21,876 nucleotides of DNA from Planctomycetota bacterium (lineage in GTDB: Bacteria; Planctomycetota; UBA11346): positions 1 to 21,876 of the forward strand of contig JBBQSO010000084.1 in NCBI GenBank assembly GCA_038213805.1. The letters are read 5' to 3'. The notes beneath the pieces are model-generated. The model did not search any database and was not told the DNA's origin. It saw nothing but the letters and a program-made list of their open reading frames with translations. This document shows, piece by piece, positions 1 through 8,450 of the stretch. Each line of letters starts with the position of its first letter. The stretch's first letter is position 1. The translations under genes were made by a program, and so were the position numbers.

Positions 1-10
1 CTTCCGATCT
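1..10 (+). other. Probable Illumina adapter remnant (CTTCCGATCT) at the contig edge
   Basis: Bases 1-10 are identical to the 3' end of the TruSeq adapter/sequencing primer (...GCTCTTCCGATCT) and sit exactly at the sequence start. Confidence 0.7.
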
Positions 11-11
11 C

Positions 12-791
12 GCCGCGGTGGGGTGGATCGTGGCGCGGCGCCGGGGGCTGCGCGGGCGCAGCGCGCGGCTGGAGGAGGTGATGCGCACCCACCGCGACAG
101 CGAGCTCGAGTTCAAGGCCGCCCAGCACGAACGCCAGCGGCTGGCTGCGGACATGCACGACGGCCTGCAGCAGCTCATCGCCGGCGCCGCCTTCCGCCTC
201 GAGGCCGCGGTCGCGCACCTCGCCGAGATCCCGCCGGCGGTGCAGGAGCAGTTCACCGCCGCACGCGGCGCGCTGCTGCGCACCCAGGAAGGGCTGCGCG
301 ACTGCGTGTGGGGCCTGCGCCACGTCGAGGAGGGTCCCGGCGAGTTCGCCGCGCTGCTCGAGCACGCCGCCGCCTCGATGGAGCACTGGCCGCGCGGCGC
401 CGTGACGGTGCGCGTCGCCGGCGCGCCCTTCGCGCTGTCGCGGCACGTCATGGGCAGCCTGCTCATGCTCATGCAGGAGGCGGTCGGCAACGCCCTGCGC
501 CATGGCCACGCGCGCAGCGTCGCCGTGCAGCTCGACTACCGCGACGATGCGTTGGCGATGGCGGTCGCGGACGACGGCGCCGGCTTCGACCCTCGCGCCG
601 CGCCGGGCACCTCGACCGGCCACTTCGGCCTGGAGTCGATGCGCCACCGCATGAGCTGGCTGGGCGGCGGCGTCGAGGTCGTCAGCACTCCTGGGCAGGG
701 CGCCACCATCACCATCCGCCTGCCGCGCGCGCGGGCGCAGGCCGCGGACGTGCCGGCGCCGACCACGTCGGTGGTCACGGAGGCGCGATGA
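12..791 (+). CDS. Two-component sensor histidine kinase, HisKA_3 (NarX/UhpB-like) with HATPase_c; 5'-truncated
   Basis: H-box ERQRLAADMHDGLQQ, N-box QEAVGNALRHG, G1 DDGAGFD, G2 GHFGLESMRHR, and STPGQGATI. The frame is open to the window edge, so the sensor domain lies upstream. Confidence 0.93.
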   Translation, partial: AAVGWIVARRRGLRGRSARLEEVMRTHRDSELEFKAAQHERQRLAADMHDGLQQLIAGAAFRLEAAVAHLAEIPPAVQEQFTAARGALLRTQEGLRDCVWGLRHVEEGPGEFAALLEHAAASMEHWPRGAVTVRVAGAPFALSRHVMGSLLMLMQEAVGNALRHGHARSVAVQLDYRDDALAMAVADDGAGFDPRAAPGTSTGHFGLESMRHRMSWLGGGVEVVSTPGQGATITIRLPRARAQAADVPAPTTSVVTEAR

Positions 792-1504
792 CCGCGCCGA
801 AAAAGCCGCGCGGTCCCGCCCGTACCCGCCTCCCCCGGCCGGGGGATGGCAGCGCGAATCCGCAGGCATCGAATGCCGGCGTGATCGTCCCTGCGCCCCT
901 GCGCCTGCTCATCGTCGACGACCACGCCGTGGTGCGCGAGGGCCTGCAGGCGATGCTCGCCTCGGATCCCGGGATCGCGGCCATCGCCACCGCCGCCAGC
1001 GTCGACGAGGCGGTGGCGCGCGCGGCGGAGTTCCAGCCGCGGGTGATGCTGCTCGACCTGCGCATGCCCGGCGGCGACGGCTTCGCCGCCCTGGAGCGCA
1101 TCCTGCCGCGCTGGCCCGCGCTGCGCATCCTGGTGCTGTCGGCCAGCGCCACCGTCGCCGAAGTCGCGCTCGCCCGCCGCCACGGCGCCGCGGGCTACCT
1201 CAGCAAGTCCGCCGACCGCGCCACCTTGCTGCGCGCCATCCACGCGGTCGCCGGCGGCGGCAGCTGCTTCCCGCCCGGGCCGGAGCCGGGCGCTGGTGCC
1301 GACGTCGGGTTGAGCGCGCGCGAACTCGAGGTCCTCCATCACCTCGGCCGTGGGCTGTCCAACGACGACCTGGGGCGCGCCTTGGGCGTCAGCGGGGAGA
1401 CCATCAAGAGCCACCTCAAGGCGGTGTTCACCAAGCTCGAGGTGGCTGGGCGCGCAGAGGCGGTGGCGCGGGCGTATGATCTGGGGTTGTTGTCGGCGCG
1501 GTGA
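788..1504 (+). CDS. NarL/FixJ-family response regulator (REC + LuxR HTH)
   Basis: LLIVDDHAVVREG, phospho-acceptor LLDLRMP, GYLSK, and HTH LSARELEVL...GLSN...TIKSHLKAVFTKLEV. ATG 788 overlaps the kinase stop (ATGA). GTG 881 is an alternative start. Confidence 0.93.
   Translation: MTAPKKPRGPARTRLPRPGDGSANPQASNAGVIVPAPLRLLIVDDHAVVREGLQAMLASDPGIAAIATAASVDEAVARAAEFQPRVMLLDLRMPGGDGFAALERILPRWPALRILVLSASATVAEVALARRHGAAGYLSKSADRATLLRAIHAVAGGGSCFPPGPEPGAGADVGLSARELEVLHHLGRGLSNDDLGRALGVSGETIKSHLKAVFTKLEVAGRAEAVARAYDLGLLSAR
831..846. promoter_or_regulatory. Perfect 16-bp palindrome TCCCCCGGCCGGGGGA, candidate NarL/LuxR-type operator
   Basis: The palindrome is seen directly, lying between the kinase stop and the REC-coding sequence. 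The operator role is inferred. Confidence 0.3.
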
Positions 1505-1693
1505 GGGGAGGGGCCCTGGCATTCTGCTGCCAACTGCCGCCGCATCGCACGTGCCTACCGTTCAGACTGGCGAGCGTCTGAAATCGAAGCGTGCTTTGGA
1601 ATCGGCATCGCGCCTTTGTCGCTCTCGATTCCCTCAACCTCATCGCCCCGACTCCAGGGGTCATGATGTCCACGTGGTGTCCTAGACCCGGTC

Positions 1694-1720
1694 GGTGTTA
1701 CACTCCCGGACTGTAACGCC
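1694..1720. promoter_or_regulatory. Inverted repeat GGTGTTACA-N9-TGTAACGCC, candidate operator/promoter of the 1808 gene
   Basis: Arms match 8/9 as a dyad, are AT-richer than the background, and lie about 90 nt upstream of the start codon. Confidence 0.45.
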
Positions 1721-1807
1721 CACCGCCTGATCGGTCATGGATCTCGCGGCGACCCGTAAAGGCATGGCGGGGCCACTGCGCTCCGCCCGCCCCCGTCCGA
1801 GGACCGC

Positions 1808-4800
1808 ATGCCCCGCCACACCTCCCTGTCCGCTTTCCTGCTGCTCCTGGGCAGCTCCTTGCTGGCGGCGGCCGAGACCGCCCCCGTGCGCATCGTGGTG
1901 CCCTACCAGGCGCCGGGCGCGGGCTTCCTCAGCCTTGCGTTGTACGACCACGACGGCGTGCTGGTGCGCAGCCTGCTCTCGGCCGAGCCGGTGGCGGCGG
2001 GCGCGGGCACCGCCACCTGGGACGCGACCAGCGATCTCGGTGTGAAGGTCGCGGCGGGCACCTACGCGGCGAAGGGGGTGTTCTTCACCGCGCCGCCGAT
2101 GCTGTCGTGGGTGATGAAGGTCGGCAAGGACGGCGCCCCGCCGTGGCGCACCGCCGCGGGTACCGGCGACTGGGGCGGCAATCTCGGCGGGCCGGCCGGG
2201 CTGTGCGCGAACGCCACCAGCATCGTCATGGTGTGGGGCTGCGTCGAGGACAACCAGATCACCGGCGTGCAGCAGATGGACGCCGACGGCGCGATCAGCC
2301 TGCGCTACCACACCTTCTACCCCTGGGACCAGCGCAGCGCCGCGGCCATGGACGGGCACAACCTCTACGTCGCGATCCTCAAGGACTGCGCGGAACTGCA
2401 GATCGCCGAATACAAGGTCGGCGAGGCGCGTGGCCGCATCCTGACCAAGCTGCCGGCGAAGATGGCGATCACCGCCAGCGGCCGCTGGCGTGGACGCGGC
2501 TGCAATGTCGTGGACGGCATCGCGCTCACCGCTGACCGCATCTTCGCCAGCGTCGGCACCAACGACGAGCTCTACGTGATCGAGCGCGCCTCTGGCACGG
2601 TGCTCAAAGTCGTGCACATGCCCGGGGCGCGCGGGCTGGCGGTGCGGCAGGACCGCCTGCTGGTCGCCAGCGGCGAGGAGGTGCTGCGCTTCACCCTCGA
2701 CGGCGCACCCGATGGCGTGGCGGTGGCGAAGGGCACCCTGCGCGCGGCCAACGCGCTGTGCGTGGGCGCCGACGGCACCATCTGGGTCGGTGACAGCGGC
2801 CGCTTCGACCCCGATGCCGAGCACGAGTCTGGCAGCCGGCGCATCTACGCCTTCGCGGCTTCCGGCACGCTGGTGCGGGCGATCGGCGCGGAAGGCGGCG
2901 CGCCGCGCAGCGGCCGCTTCGACGCCAAGGCCATCGGTGAAATCCACGGCATGTGCCTGACGCCGGATGGCAAGGCGCTGATGGTCAACGACATCGCCAC
3001 CGGCTTCTCGCGCACGTCGCGCTGGTCGCTCGACGGCCGGCTGGAGCGGCAGTGGTTCGTGCGCGGCAATGAGAACTGGCCCGACGCGATGAATCCGGAC
3101 CGCCCCGCGGAGACCGTGAAGGCCGGCGGCCCCTTCGCCGATGACATGAGCCTGCAGGCGTGGCGCATGGACTACGAAAAGAAGACCTGGCAGCCGGCCT
3201 GGCGCTACACCGTGCCCTACGCCGCCAACTGGCAGGACGACGTCGTCATCGGCTTCGGCCACGGCGGCAATCCCCTGAAGAAGGAGGCCGGGCACCCCGG
3301 CACCTGGCCGACCTTCGGCTGGGGCGCCCAGGGCGGTCTGCGCACATTCCAGGGCCGCAACTACATGCTCTCGGAAGAGGGCGCGATCTACACCTACGGC
3401 GATGATCAGGCGCCGAAGCTGGTCGCCATGGCCTTTCCGCACCGCTGCGAACGCGACGCTGGTCGCATCCGGCAGCTTTACGACCAGGGTCCGAACACCT
3501 GGTTCACCTGGGCGGACGGCGATGGGGACGGCAAGGTGCAGCTGGGCGAGACCGCGGTGGTCACCGGCACGGCCGCCCTCGAAGGCATCAGCCGCATGTC
3601 CACCTGCGAACTCACCGCCGGCCTGGACATCCTGTTCACCGGCCTGACCCGGATCGATCCGGCGACCGGGGTGTGCACCCGCCGATTCCGCCTGCCGCTG
3701 CAGCGCCTGCTCGCCAACGGTTCTCCGGTCTACGACTGGGCCAAGGTGGTGGCAGTGACTCCGGCCCTGGCGTGGCCGAGCTTCGCGGGCGGCGATGGGC
3801 GCAAGCAGGTTGCCAGCGTGTGGCCGGGTCGGGAGGTCCCTGACCGCGATGCGCTCTACGTGCTCGCCGAGCCCGGCTGCGCGCAGCCGCTCAAGCTGCC
3901 CGGCATCGACGGCGATGGCTGGTGGGCGGGGCGCAACTGGCGCAAGAAGCTGTGCTGCTTCGACCAGACCACGGGGCGCTGCCGCTGGGCGGTCGGCCGG
4001 CGCGCGCCGGGCGTGGCGGAGCGCGGGCAGATGTACAACCCCATCGCCATCGCCGGAGTGGCCGAAGACGCGGTCTTCGTCGCCGATGCGATGGCGGTGG
4101 TGTGGGTGTGGGACGCGCGCGGCCTGTACCTTGGCCGGCTCTACAACGGCCCGGACGACCGCAAGCCGGACCACGATTCGATGTACGTCGAGATGCAGGG
4201 GGCGAACGTCGTCCGCCATCTCGACCGCACCTGGCTGCTGGCCAACGACTGCGGCACCTCAGTGCACGAGGTCCACCTGCCCGCGCGCGTGCCGGTCGCG
4301 GCCGGCGTGGTGACGGTGGACGCGGCCATGGCAGAACGCTCCGTCGCGTGGGATCCGGACGGCGTGACCCCGGGGAAGTTGCCGGTGTACGAAGTCCACT
4401 ACCTGCCGGCCCACCGCGCCGACAAGGCGCTGCGCATCGACGGCGATGCCGATGGCCGCGAGGGCTGGTACGGCTTCAGCGACGGCACCCGGGTCGGCGA
4501 GACCCTGGTGTTGCTCGATGGCGAGCGCTTGGCGACCGTGCGCGCGCTCTATGACGATCGCAACCTCTACCTCGCCTATCGCGTGCACGCCGTCAACGGG
4601 CCGCGCAATGCCGGCACCGAGCTGCCGATCTGCCCCTTCGTCAGCGGCGCCTACGTCGATTTCAGCATCGCCCCCGACTGGACGCAGCCGCAGCGCGGCG
4701 AGGTGCGCGAAGGCGATGTACGAGTGATCCTCGCCCAGATCTCCGGCGGTGATGGCAAGGCCCAGCCCTTCCAGCACGGCTACTGGCAGAAAAAGGCCGG

Positions 4801-5152
4801 TGGCAGCGGCGGGCAGACCATTACCTCGCCGGCGGCATCGCTGCGCATGGACCAGATCGCCGAAATCCCTGGCCTGCAGGTGGCGTGGCGCGTCGACGGC
4901 ACCGATAAGGCCACCGGCAAGGTCGACTACCAGGTCGAGGTCGCCATCCCGCTTGCGGCGGTCGGGCTCGCCAACGTCAAAGGGCGCCGCATCGGCTTCG
5001 ACACTTCCATCGGCGTGGCCAACGCCGCCGGCGACCGCCGCGAGCGCGCCGGGCACTGGGGCGGCCTCAGCGAGGCCGCAGTGGTCGACCGGCCCGGCAG
5101 CAGCCGGCTGCTGCCAGGGAACTGGGGCACGCTGGAGTTCCTCGAGAAGTGA
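1808..5152 (+). CDS. Large exported protein: FlgD Ig-like domain, NHL/beta-propeller region, Dx[DN]xDG Ca-binding loop and C-terminal CBM9/DOMON-like domain
   Basis: Signal peptide MPRHTSLSAFLLLLGSSLLAAA. FlgD-like SLALYDHDGVLVRSLL...WDATSDLG...AGTY. NHL-like blades (ALCVGADGTIWVGDS, PIAIAGVAEDAVFVAD). WADGDGDGKVQLGE. CBM9-like LRIDGD...ALYDDRNLYLAYRV...YQVEVAIPLAAVG...IGFD. Confidence 0.8.
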   Translation: MPRHTSLSAFLLLLGSSLLAAAETAPVRIVVPYQAPGAGFLSLALYDHDGVLVRSLLSAEPVAAGAGTATWDATSDLGVKVAAGTYAAKGVFFTAPPMLSWVMKVGKDGAPPWRTAAGTGDWGGNLGGPAGLCANATSIVMVWGCVEDNQITGVQQMDADGAISLRYHTFYPWDQRSAAAMDGHNLYVAILKDCAELQIAEYKVGEARGRILTKLPAKMAITASGRWRGRGCNVVDGIALTADRIFASVGTNDELYVIERASGTVLKVVHMPGARGLAVRQDRLLVASGEEVLRFTLDGAPDGVAVAKGTLRAANALCVGADGTIWVGDSGRFDPDAEHESGSRRIYAFAASGTLVRAIGAEGGAPRSGRFDAKAIGEIHGMCLTPDGKALMVNDIATGFSRTSRWSLDGRLERQWFVRGNENWPDAMNPDRPAETVKAGGPFADDMSLQAWRMDYEKKTWQPAWRYTVPYAANWQDDVVIGFGHGGNPLKKEAGHPGTWPTFGWGAQGGLRTFQGRNYMLSEEGAIYTYGDDQAPKLVAMAFPHRCERDAGRIRQLYDQGPNTWFTWADGDGDGKVQLGETAVVTGTAALEGISRMSTCELTAGLDILFTGLTRIDPATGVCTRRFRLPLQRLLANGSPVYDWAKVVAVTPALAWPSFAGGDGRKQVASVWPGREVPDRDALYVLAEPGCAQPLKLPGIDGDGWWAGRNWRKKLCCFDQTTGRCRWAVGRRAPGVAERGQMYNPIAIAGVAEDAVFVADAMAVVWVWDARGLYLGRLYNGPDDRKPDHDSMYVEMQGANVVRHLDRTWLLANDCGTSVHEVHLPARVPVAAGVVTVDAAMAERSVAWDPDGVTPGKLPVYEVHYLPAHRADKALRIDGDADGREGWYGFSDGTRVGETLVLLDGERLATVRALYDDRNLYLAYRVHAVNGPRNAGTELPICPFVSGAYVDFSIAPDWTQPQRGEVREGDVRVILAQISGGDGKAQPFQHGYWQKKAGGSGGQTITSPAASLRMDQIAEIPGLQVAWRVDGTDKATGKVDYQVEVAIPLAAVGLANVKGRRIGFDTSIGVANAAGDRRERAGHWGGLSEAAVVDRPGSSRLLPGNWGTLEFLEK

Positions 5153-5204
5153 ACGGTGCTGTGCGGCGCCTTGTTCCGGACGTGCGCCGGCCTAAGCCAT
5201 CGTC

Positions 5205-6284
5205 ATGCGCCTCTCGCGGCTCCAGATCGAACGCGAACTGCGGCGGCGCATCCAGGCGCGCATCTACCCGCCGGGTTCGTGCCTGCCCAGCCGCCGCGCC
5301 CTCCAGCAGGAGCTCGGCGGAAGCCCGCTGACCATCCAGGCAGCCTTCGACCAGCTCGTGCAGCAGGGCTACGCCGTGCCGCACGGCACGCAGGGGACCT
5401 ACGTCGCGGAGCACCTGCCCAACGAGTCGACCGTCGCCTTGGTGTTCAACGATGGCTACGAGACGGGCACCTGGAACCGCTTCTACAGCGCCTTGAGCCG
5501 CATCGCCGCGGATCCGGTCCGCGTGCATGGACCTTCGGCGGCGACGACGGCGTTCCGCTCGTACTGCCTGATCGGCGGCCGGCCGGAAGGCGAGGCTTAT
5601 GAGCGGCTGTGCGCCGACCTGGCCGATGGCGCCCTGGCGGGGATGCTGTTCACCAACCCGCCGTTGCTCGCGGCCAGCTCACCAGTGCTGACGGCGCCCG
5701 TGCCGCGCGTGTGCATCGACAACCTCGCACCAGGTGGACAGCCCTTCACCACCTCGCACCTGCGCATTTGCGATCAGCCGGTCCTCGCTGCGCTGTTCGA
5801 ACGTCTGCGCAGCCGTGGACGCGCACGCATCGCGGGCCTGGCCGGCGATGCCGGCAACCTCGAGCGCTACCGCACACTGGCCGCCGCCCATGGCCTTGAG
5901 GCGCGGCCGGAGTGGTGGCAGTGGGTCCCCACCGACGTCGGCGGCGCCGGCGCCTGCCGGCGCATCCTGCACCTGCTCGGCACCCTGCCGCCGCGCCACC
6001 GGCCCGACTGCCTGCTGATCAGCGACGACAACCTGGTGCCGCAGGCCACCAGCGGGATCCTCGACGCGGGCTGGCAGGCGCCGCGCGAGGTCGAGATCGC
6101 GGCGCACGCCAACTTCCCGCTCGTCACCCACGCGGTGGTGCCCTGCCTGCGCTACGGCCTGGACGCCGCCGACGTCCTGCGCGCCGCTGCCGCCGAGATC
6201 GCCAGGCTCGCAGCCGGCGGGGCGCAGCGGGTCGTCGAGGTGCCGTTCACCGTTCCGGGCGTAGACCTGCTCGAGTCGCACTGA
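5205..6284 (+). CDS. Transcriptional regulator with GntR winged HTH fused to a LacI-like ligand-binding domain
   Basis: GntR pattern LRRRIQARIYPPGSCLPSRRALQQELGGSPLTIQAAFDQLVQQGY...GTYV. C-terminal RPDCLLISDDNL...GILDAG...PREVEI resembles the LacI-family PBP fold. Confidence 0.85.
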   Translation: MRLSRLQIERELRRRIQARIYPPGSCLPSRRALQQELGGSPLTIQAAFDQLVQQGYAVPHGTQGTYVAEHLPNESTVALVFNDGYETGTWNRFYSALSRIAADPVRVHGPSAATTAFRSYCLIGGRPEGEAYERLCADLADGALAGMLFTNPPLLAASSPVLTAPVPRVCIDNLAPGGQPFTTSHLRICDQPVLAALFERLRSRGRARIAGLAGDAGNLERYRTLAAAHGLEARPEWWQWVPTDVGGAGACRRILHLLGTLPPRHRPDCLLISDDNLVPQATSGILDAGWQAPREVEIAAHANFPLVTHAVVPCLRYGLDAADVLRAAAAEIARLAAGGAQRVVEVPFTVPGVDLLESH

Positions 6285-6410
6285 GCGGCGGGCCGTCGTG
6301 CGCGGGGCGCGCCAGCGCTCCGCCCTGCGCTTCCGCTTTGCCCCAATTCCGCCGTACCTCTGGCAGCCATCCGGCGGCCCGGCCGCTCCACCCACGCAGG
6401 ACGCACCACC

Positions 6411-8285
6411 ATGAACCAGCCCCAGCTCGCACCCGCCTTCCACGCCCGCCACGGGCTCACCCCTGCGGAATACCAGGCGGATTTCACCGTCTTCAGCCAA
6501 CAGGGCTATCGCATCCAGTCGCTGAGCGTCTACGGCGGCAACGATCCGCACTACGCGGTGGTGTGGGTCAAGCGCAGCGGCCCGGGATGGCAGGCCTGCC
6601 ACGGCCGCGACGCCGCCGGCTACCAGGCGTTCTTCACCGAGTGGACCGGCAAGGGCTACGTGCCGCGCCTGGTCTCGGTGACCGGCTCGGGTTCCTCCGC
6701 GGTGTTCGCCGCGGTCTTCGAGCACACCGCCATCAGTGGCTGGTTCGCCAAGCACGGTCTCGATCAGGCCGGCTTCGACCAGGCCAACGCCGATGCAAAA
6801 GCCCACGGTCAGATCCTGACTACCGTCGGCATCTACGGCACGCCGGGCGCGCGCACTTACGCCGGCGTGTGGATGCCCAATCCTGGCAACGTGCAGTGGC
6901 TGGTGAATCTCGCGGCCAATGCCGCCGACCACCAGGCGTGGTTCAACGCGGTCACCCAGATCCCGCTGCGCCCGGCGGTGGTGGTGCCGACCGAAGACCA
7001 CGCCTATCTGGCGGTGTTCCGCGACGACGGCATCGGTGATTGGCATGCGCGTCACGGCCTGAGCAGCGCCGACTACCAGGCCGCCTTCAGCCAGCTGGTC
7101 GCGCAGGGCGAGCTGCCGCTCGACGTGCACGGCGGCGGCAGCGGCGGCAACGCGCGCTATGCGGCGCTGTTCGCCAAGCAGGTCGAACCCACTGCGCGCA
7201 CCTGGACGGTGAGCGGCGCCGGCGCCCCGCACGACGCGGTGGTGGATGCGGCCTTCAAGGTCTTCATGCAGCGCTGGGGCGTGCGCGCCGCGTCGCTCGC
7301 CGTCGCCAAGAACGGCGTGGTCAAGCTGGCGCGCGCCTACACCTGGGCAGAGCCGGGCTACGCCGTCGCCCAGCCGGGCAGCGAGTTCCGCCTCGCCAGC
7401 GTCAGCAAGGCCTTTGCCTGCGCCGCGATCAAGACCCAGGTCGACGCCGGCCAGCTGGCGCTCGGCGCCAAGGTCTTCGCGCTGCTCGGGATCACCGCCC
7501 CGGCCGTCGCCGGCCAGGTGCCCGACCCGCGCATCCACGACATCACCGTGCAGCACCTGGTCGACCACGCCGGCGGCTGGCTGCCCGACTCCCCCGGCGG
7601 CTTCCACCCGGAATTCCAGCTGCGCAAGATCAGCGCCGACGTCGGGCTGGCGGGTCCGCCCAGCAAGCGCGATCTCGCCCGCTACATGTTCGGCATGCCC
7701 CTGCAGTTCGCCCCGGGCAGCCAGAATTTCGGCACCACGAACGGCGCTTCGTATTCGAACTTCGGCTACATCCTGCTCGGGCTGGTGGTCGAGCATGTTT
7801 CCGGACAGACCTTCACCGACTACGTGCGCCAGCACGTGCTGGCGCCGCTGAGCATCACCGACCTGCACCTGGCACGCACCCTGGCCAGCCAGCGCGCCGC
7901 CGACGAAGTCCGCTACCACGCGTGCAGCATCGGTCTGCCCGCCAACCTGCCGACCAGCCAGGTCAAGGAGCCCGCGGCCTATGGTGGCGGCGGCTTCATG
8001 ACCGAGACCATGGATTCCGGTGGCGGCCTGATGGCCACCGCCTCTGCGCTGGCGCGCTTTTCGGGCACCTATGCGTGTTGGGGCCTGGGCGGTCCCGGTG
8101 GCGCGCGCACTGGTGGCATGGCCGGCACCGCCACGCGCATGCAGTTCAGCGGCAATGGCGTCAGCTTCGGCGTGCTGTTCAACACCAGCGACAGCTTCGG
8201 GGCCAAGCCGCCCGGCGGCACGACCGATTTTCTCGACCTGTTCAGCAATCAGCTGGCGATGACCATCGCCGGATTGGCGTGGTGA
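6411..8285 (+). CDS. Serine hydrolase (beta-lactamase class C/PBP fold) with five N-terminal polyglycine-hydrolase-like tandem repeats
   Basis: Five ~50-aa repeats (W/FxAxHGLxxAxYQ...GY...YA(A/V)(V/L)W/F). SxxK in FRLASVSK (7398-7409), ITVQHLVDHAGG, YSNFGYILLGLVVEHVSG (7752-7760), and RTG (8106-8114). Confidence 0.88.
   Translation: MNQPQLAPAFHARHGLTPAEYQADFTVFSQQGYRIQSLSVYGGNDPHYAVVWVKRSGPGWQACHGRDAAGYQAFFTEWTGKGYVPRLVSVTGSGSSAVFAAVFEHTAISGWFAKHGLDQAGFDQANADAKAHGQILTTVGIYGTPGARTYAGVWMPNPGNVQWLVNLAANAADHQAWFNAVTQIPLRPAVVVPTEDHAYLAVFRDDGIGDWHARHGLSSADYQAAFSQLVAQGELPLDVHGGGSGGNARYAALFAKQVEPTARTWTVSGAGAPHDAVVDAAFKVFMQRWGVRAASLAVAKNGVVKLARAYTWAEPGYAVAQPGSEFRLASVSKAFACAAIKTQVDAGQLALGAKVFALLGITAPAVAGQVPDPRIHDITVQHLVDHAGGWLPDSPGGFHPEFQLRKISADVGLAGPPSKRDLARYMFGMPLQFAPGSQNFGTTNGASYSNFGYILLGLVVEHVSGQTFTDYVRQHVLAPLSITDLHLARTLASQRAADEVRYHACSIGLPANLPTSQVKEPAAYGGGGFMTETMDSGGGLMATASALARFSGTYACWGLGGPGGARTGGMAGTATRMQFSGNGVSFGVLFNTSDSFGAKPPGGTTDFLDLFSNQLAMTIAGLAW
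6435..7181 (+). repeat. Five protein-level tandem repeats of about 50 aa (bacterial tandem repeat domain / polyglycine hydrolase-like)
   Basis: Repeat starts FHARHGLTPAEYQ, WQACHGRDAAGYQ, WFAKHGLDQAGFD, WLVNLAANAADHQ and WHARHGLSSADYQ. Confidence 0.85.
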
Positions 8286-8323
8286 TGCTGCTGACGCGTC
8301 GCTGACCATCCGAGGTTTCGCCG

Positions 8324-8359
8324 ACCGGCGCACCGCCCCCTGGGCGGTGCGCCGGTTTC
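8324..8359 (+). terminator. 15-bp perfect stem-loop after the serine hydrolase, probable terminator or REP-like element
   Basis: ACCGGCGCACCGCCC-cct-GGGCGGTGCGCCGGT, followed by only a short T run. Confidence 0.6.
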
Positions 8360-8450
8360 ATATGGTGGGAGGTCGCACGGCTTTCGCTTCCGGCGCGGTT
8401 GCCGCCGCCGTCAATGGCGATGTCCCGTCAATGGAATCAAGGAGCCTGCC

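Noticed and set aside
23..787. N-terminal 255 aa of the 493-aa ORF
   Set aside because: Arg/Gly-rich off-frame overlap with the kinase. The real regulator starts at 788 or 881.
1516..1531. TGGCATTCTGCTGC as a sigma54 promoter
   Set aside because: The GG-to-GC spacing is one nucleotide short of the strict -24/-12 geometry.
1682..4219. 845-aa antisense ORF (likewise 5679-8333, 18576-21107, 16870-18537, 10854-12821 and 14497-16224)
   Set aside because: These are shadow ORFs opposite well-supported genes, expected from high GC3 codon bias. They carry no recognisable motifs.
6411..8285. Calling the SxxK protein an antibiotic-resistance beta-lactamase
   Set aside because: The fold is shared by many peptidases and esterases. 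The repeat domain and missing signal peptide argue against an AmpC-type enzyme.
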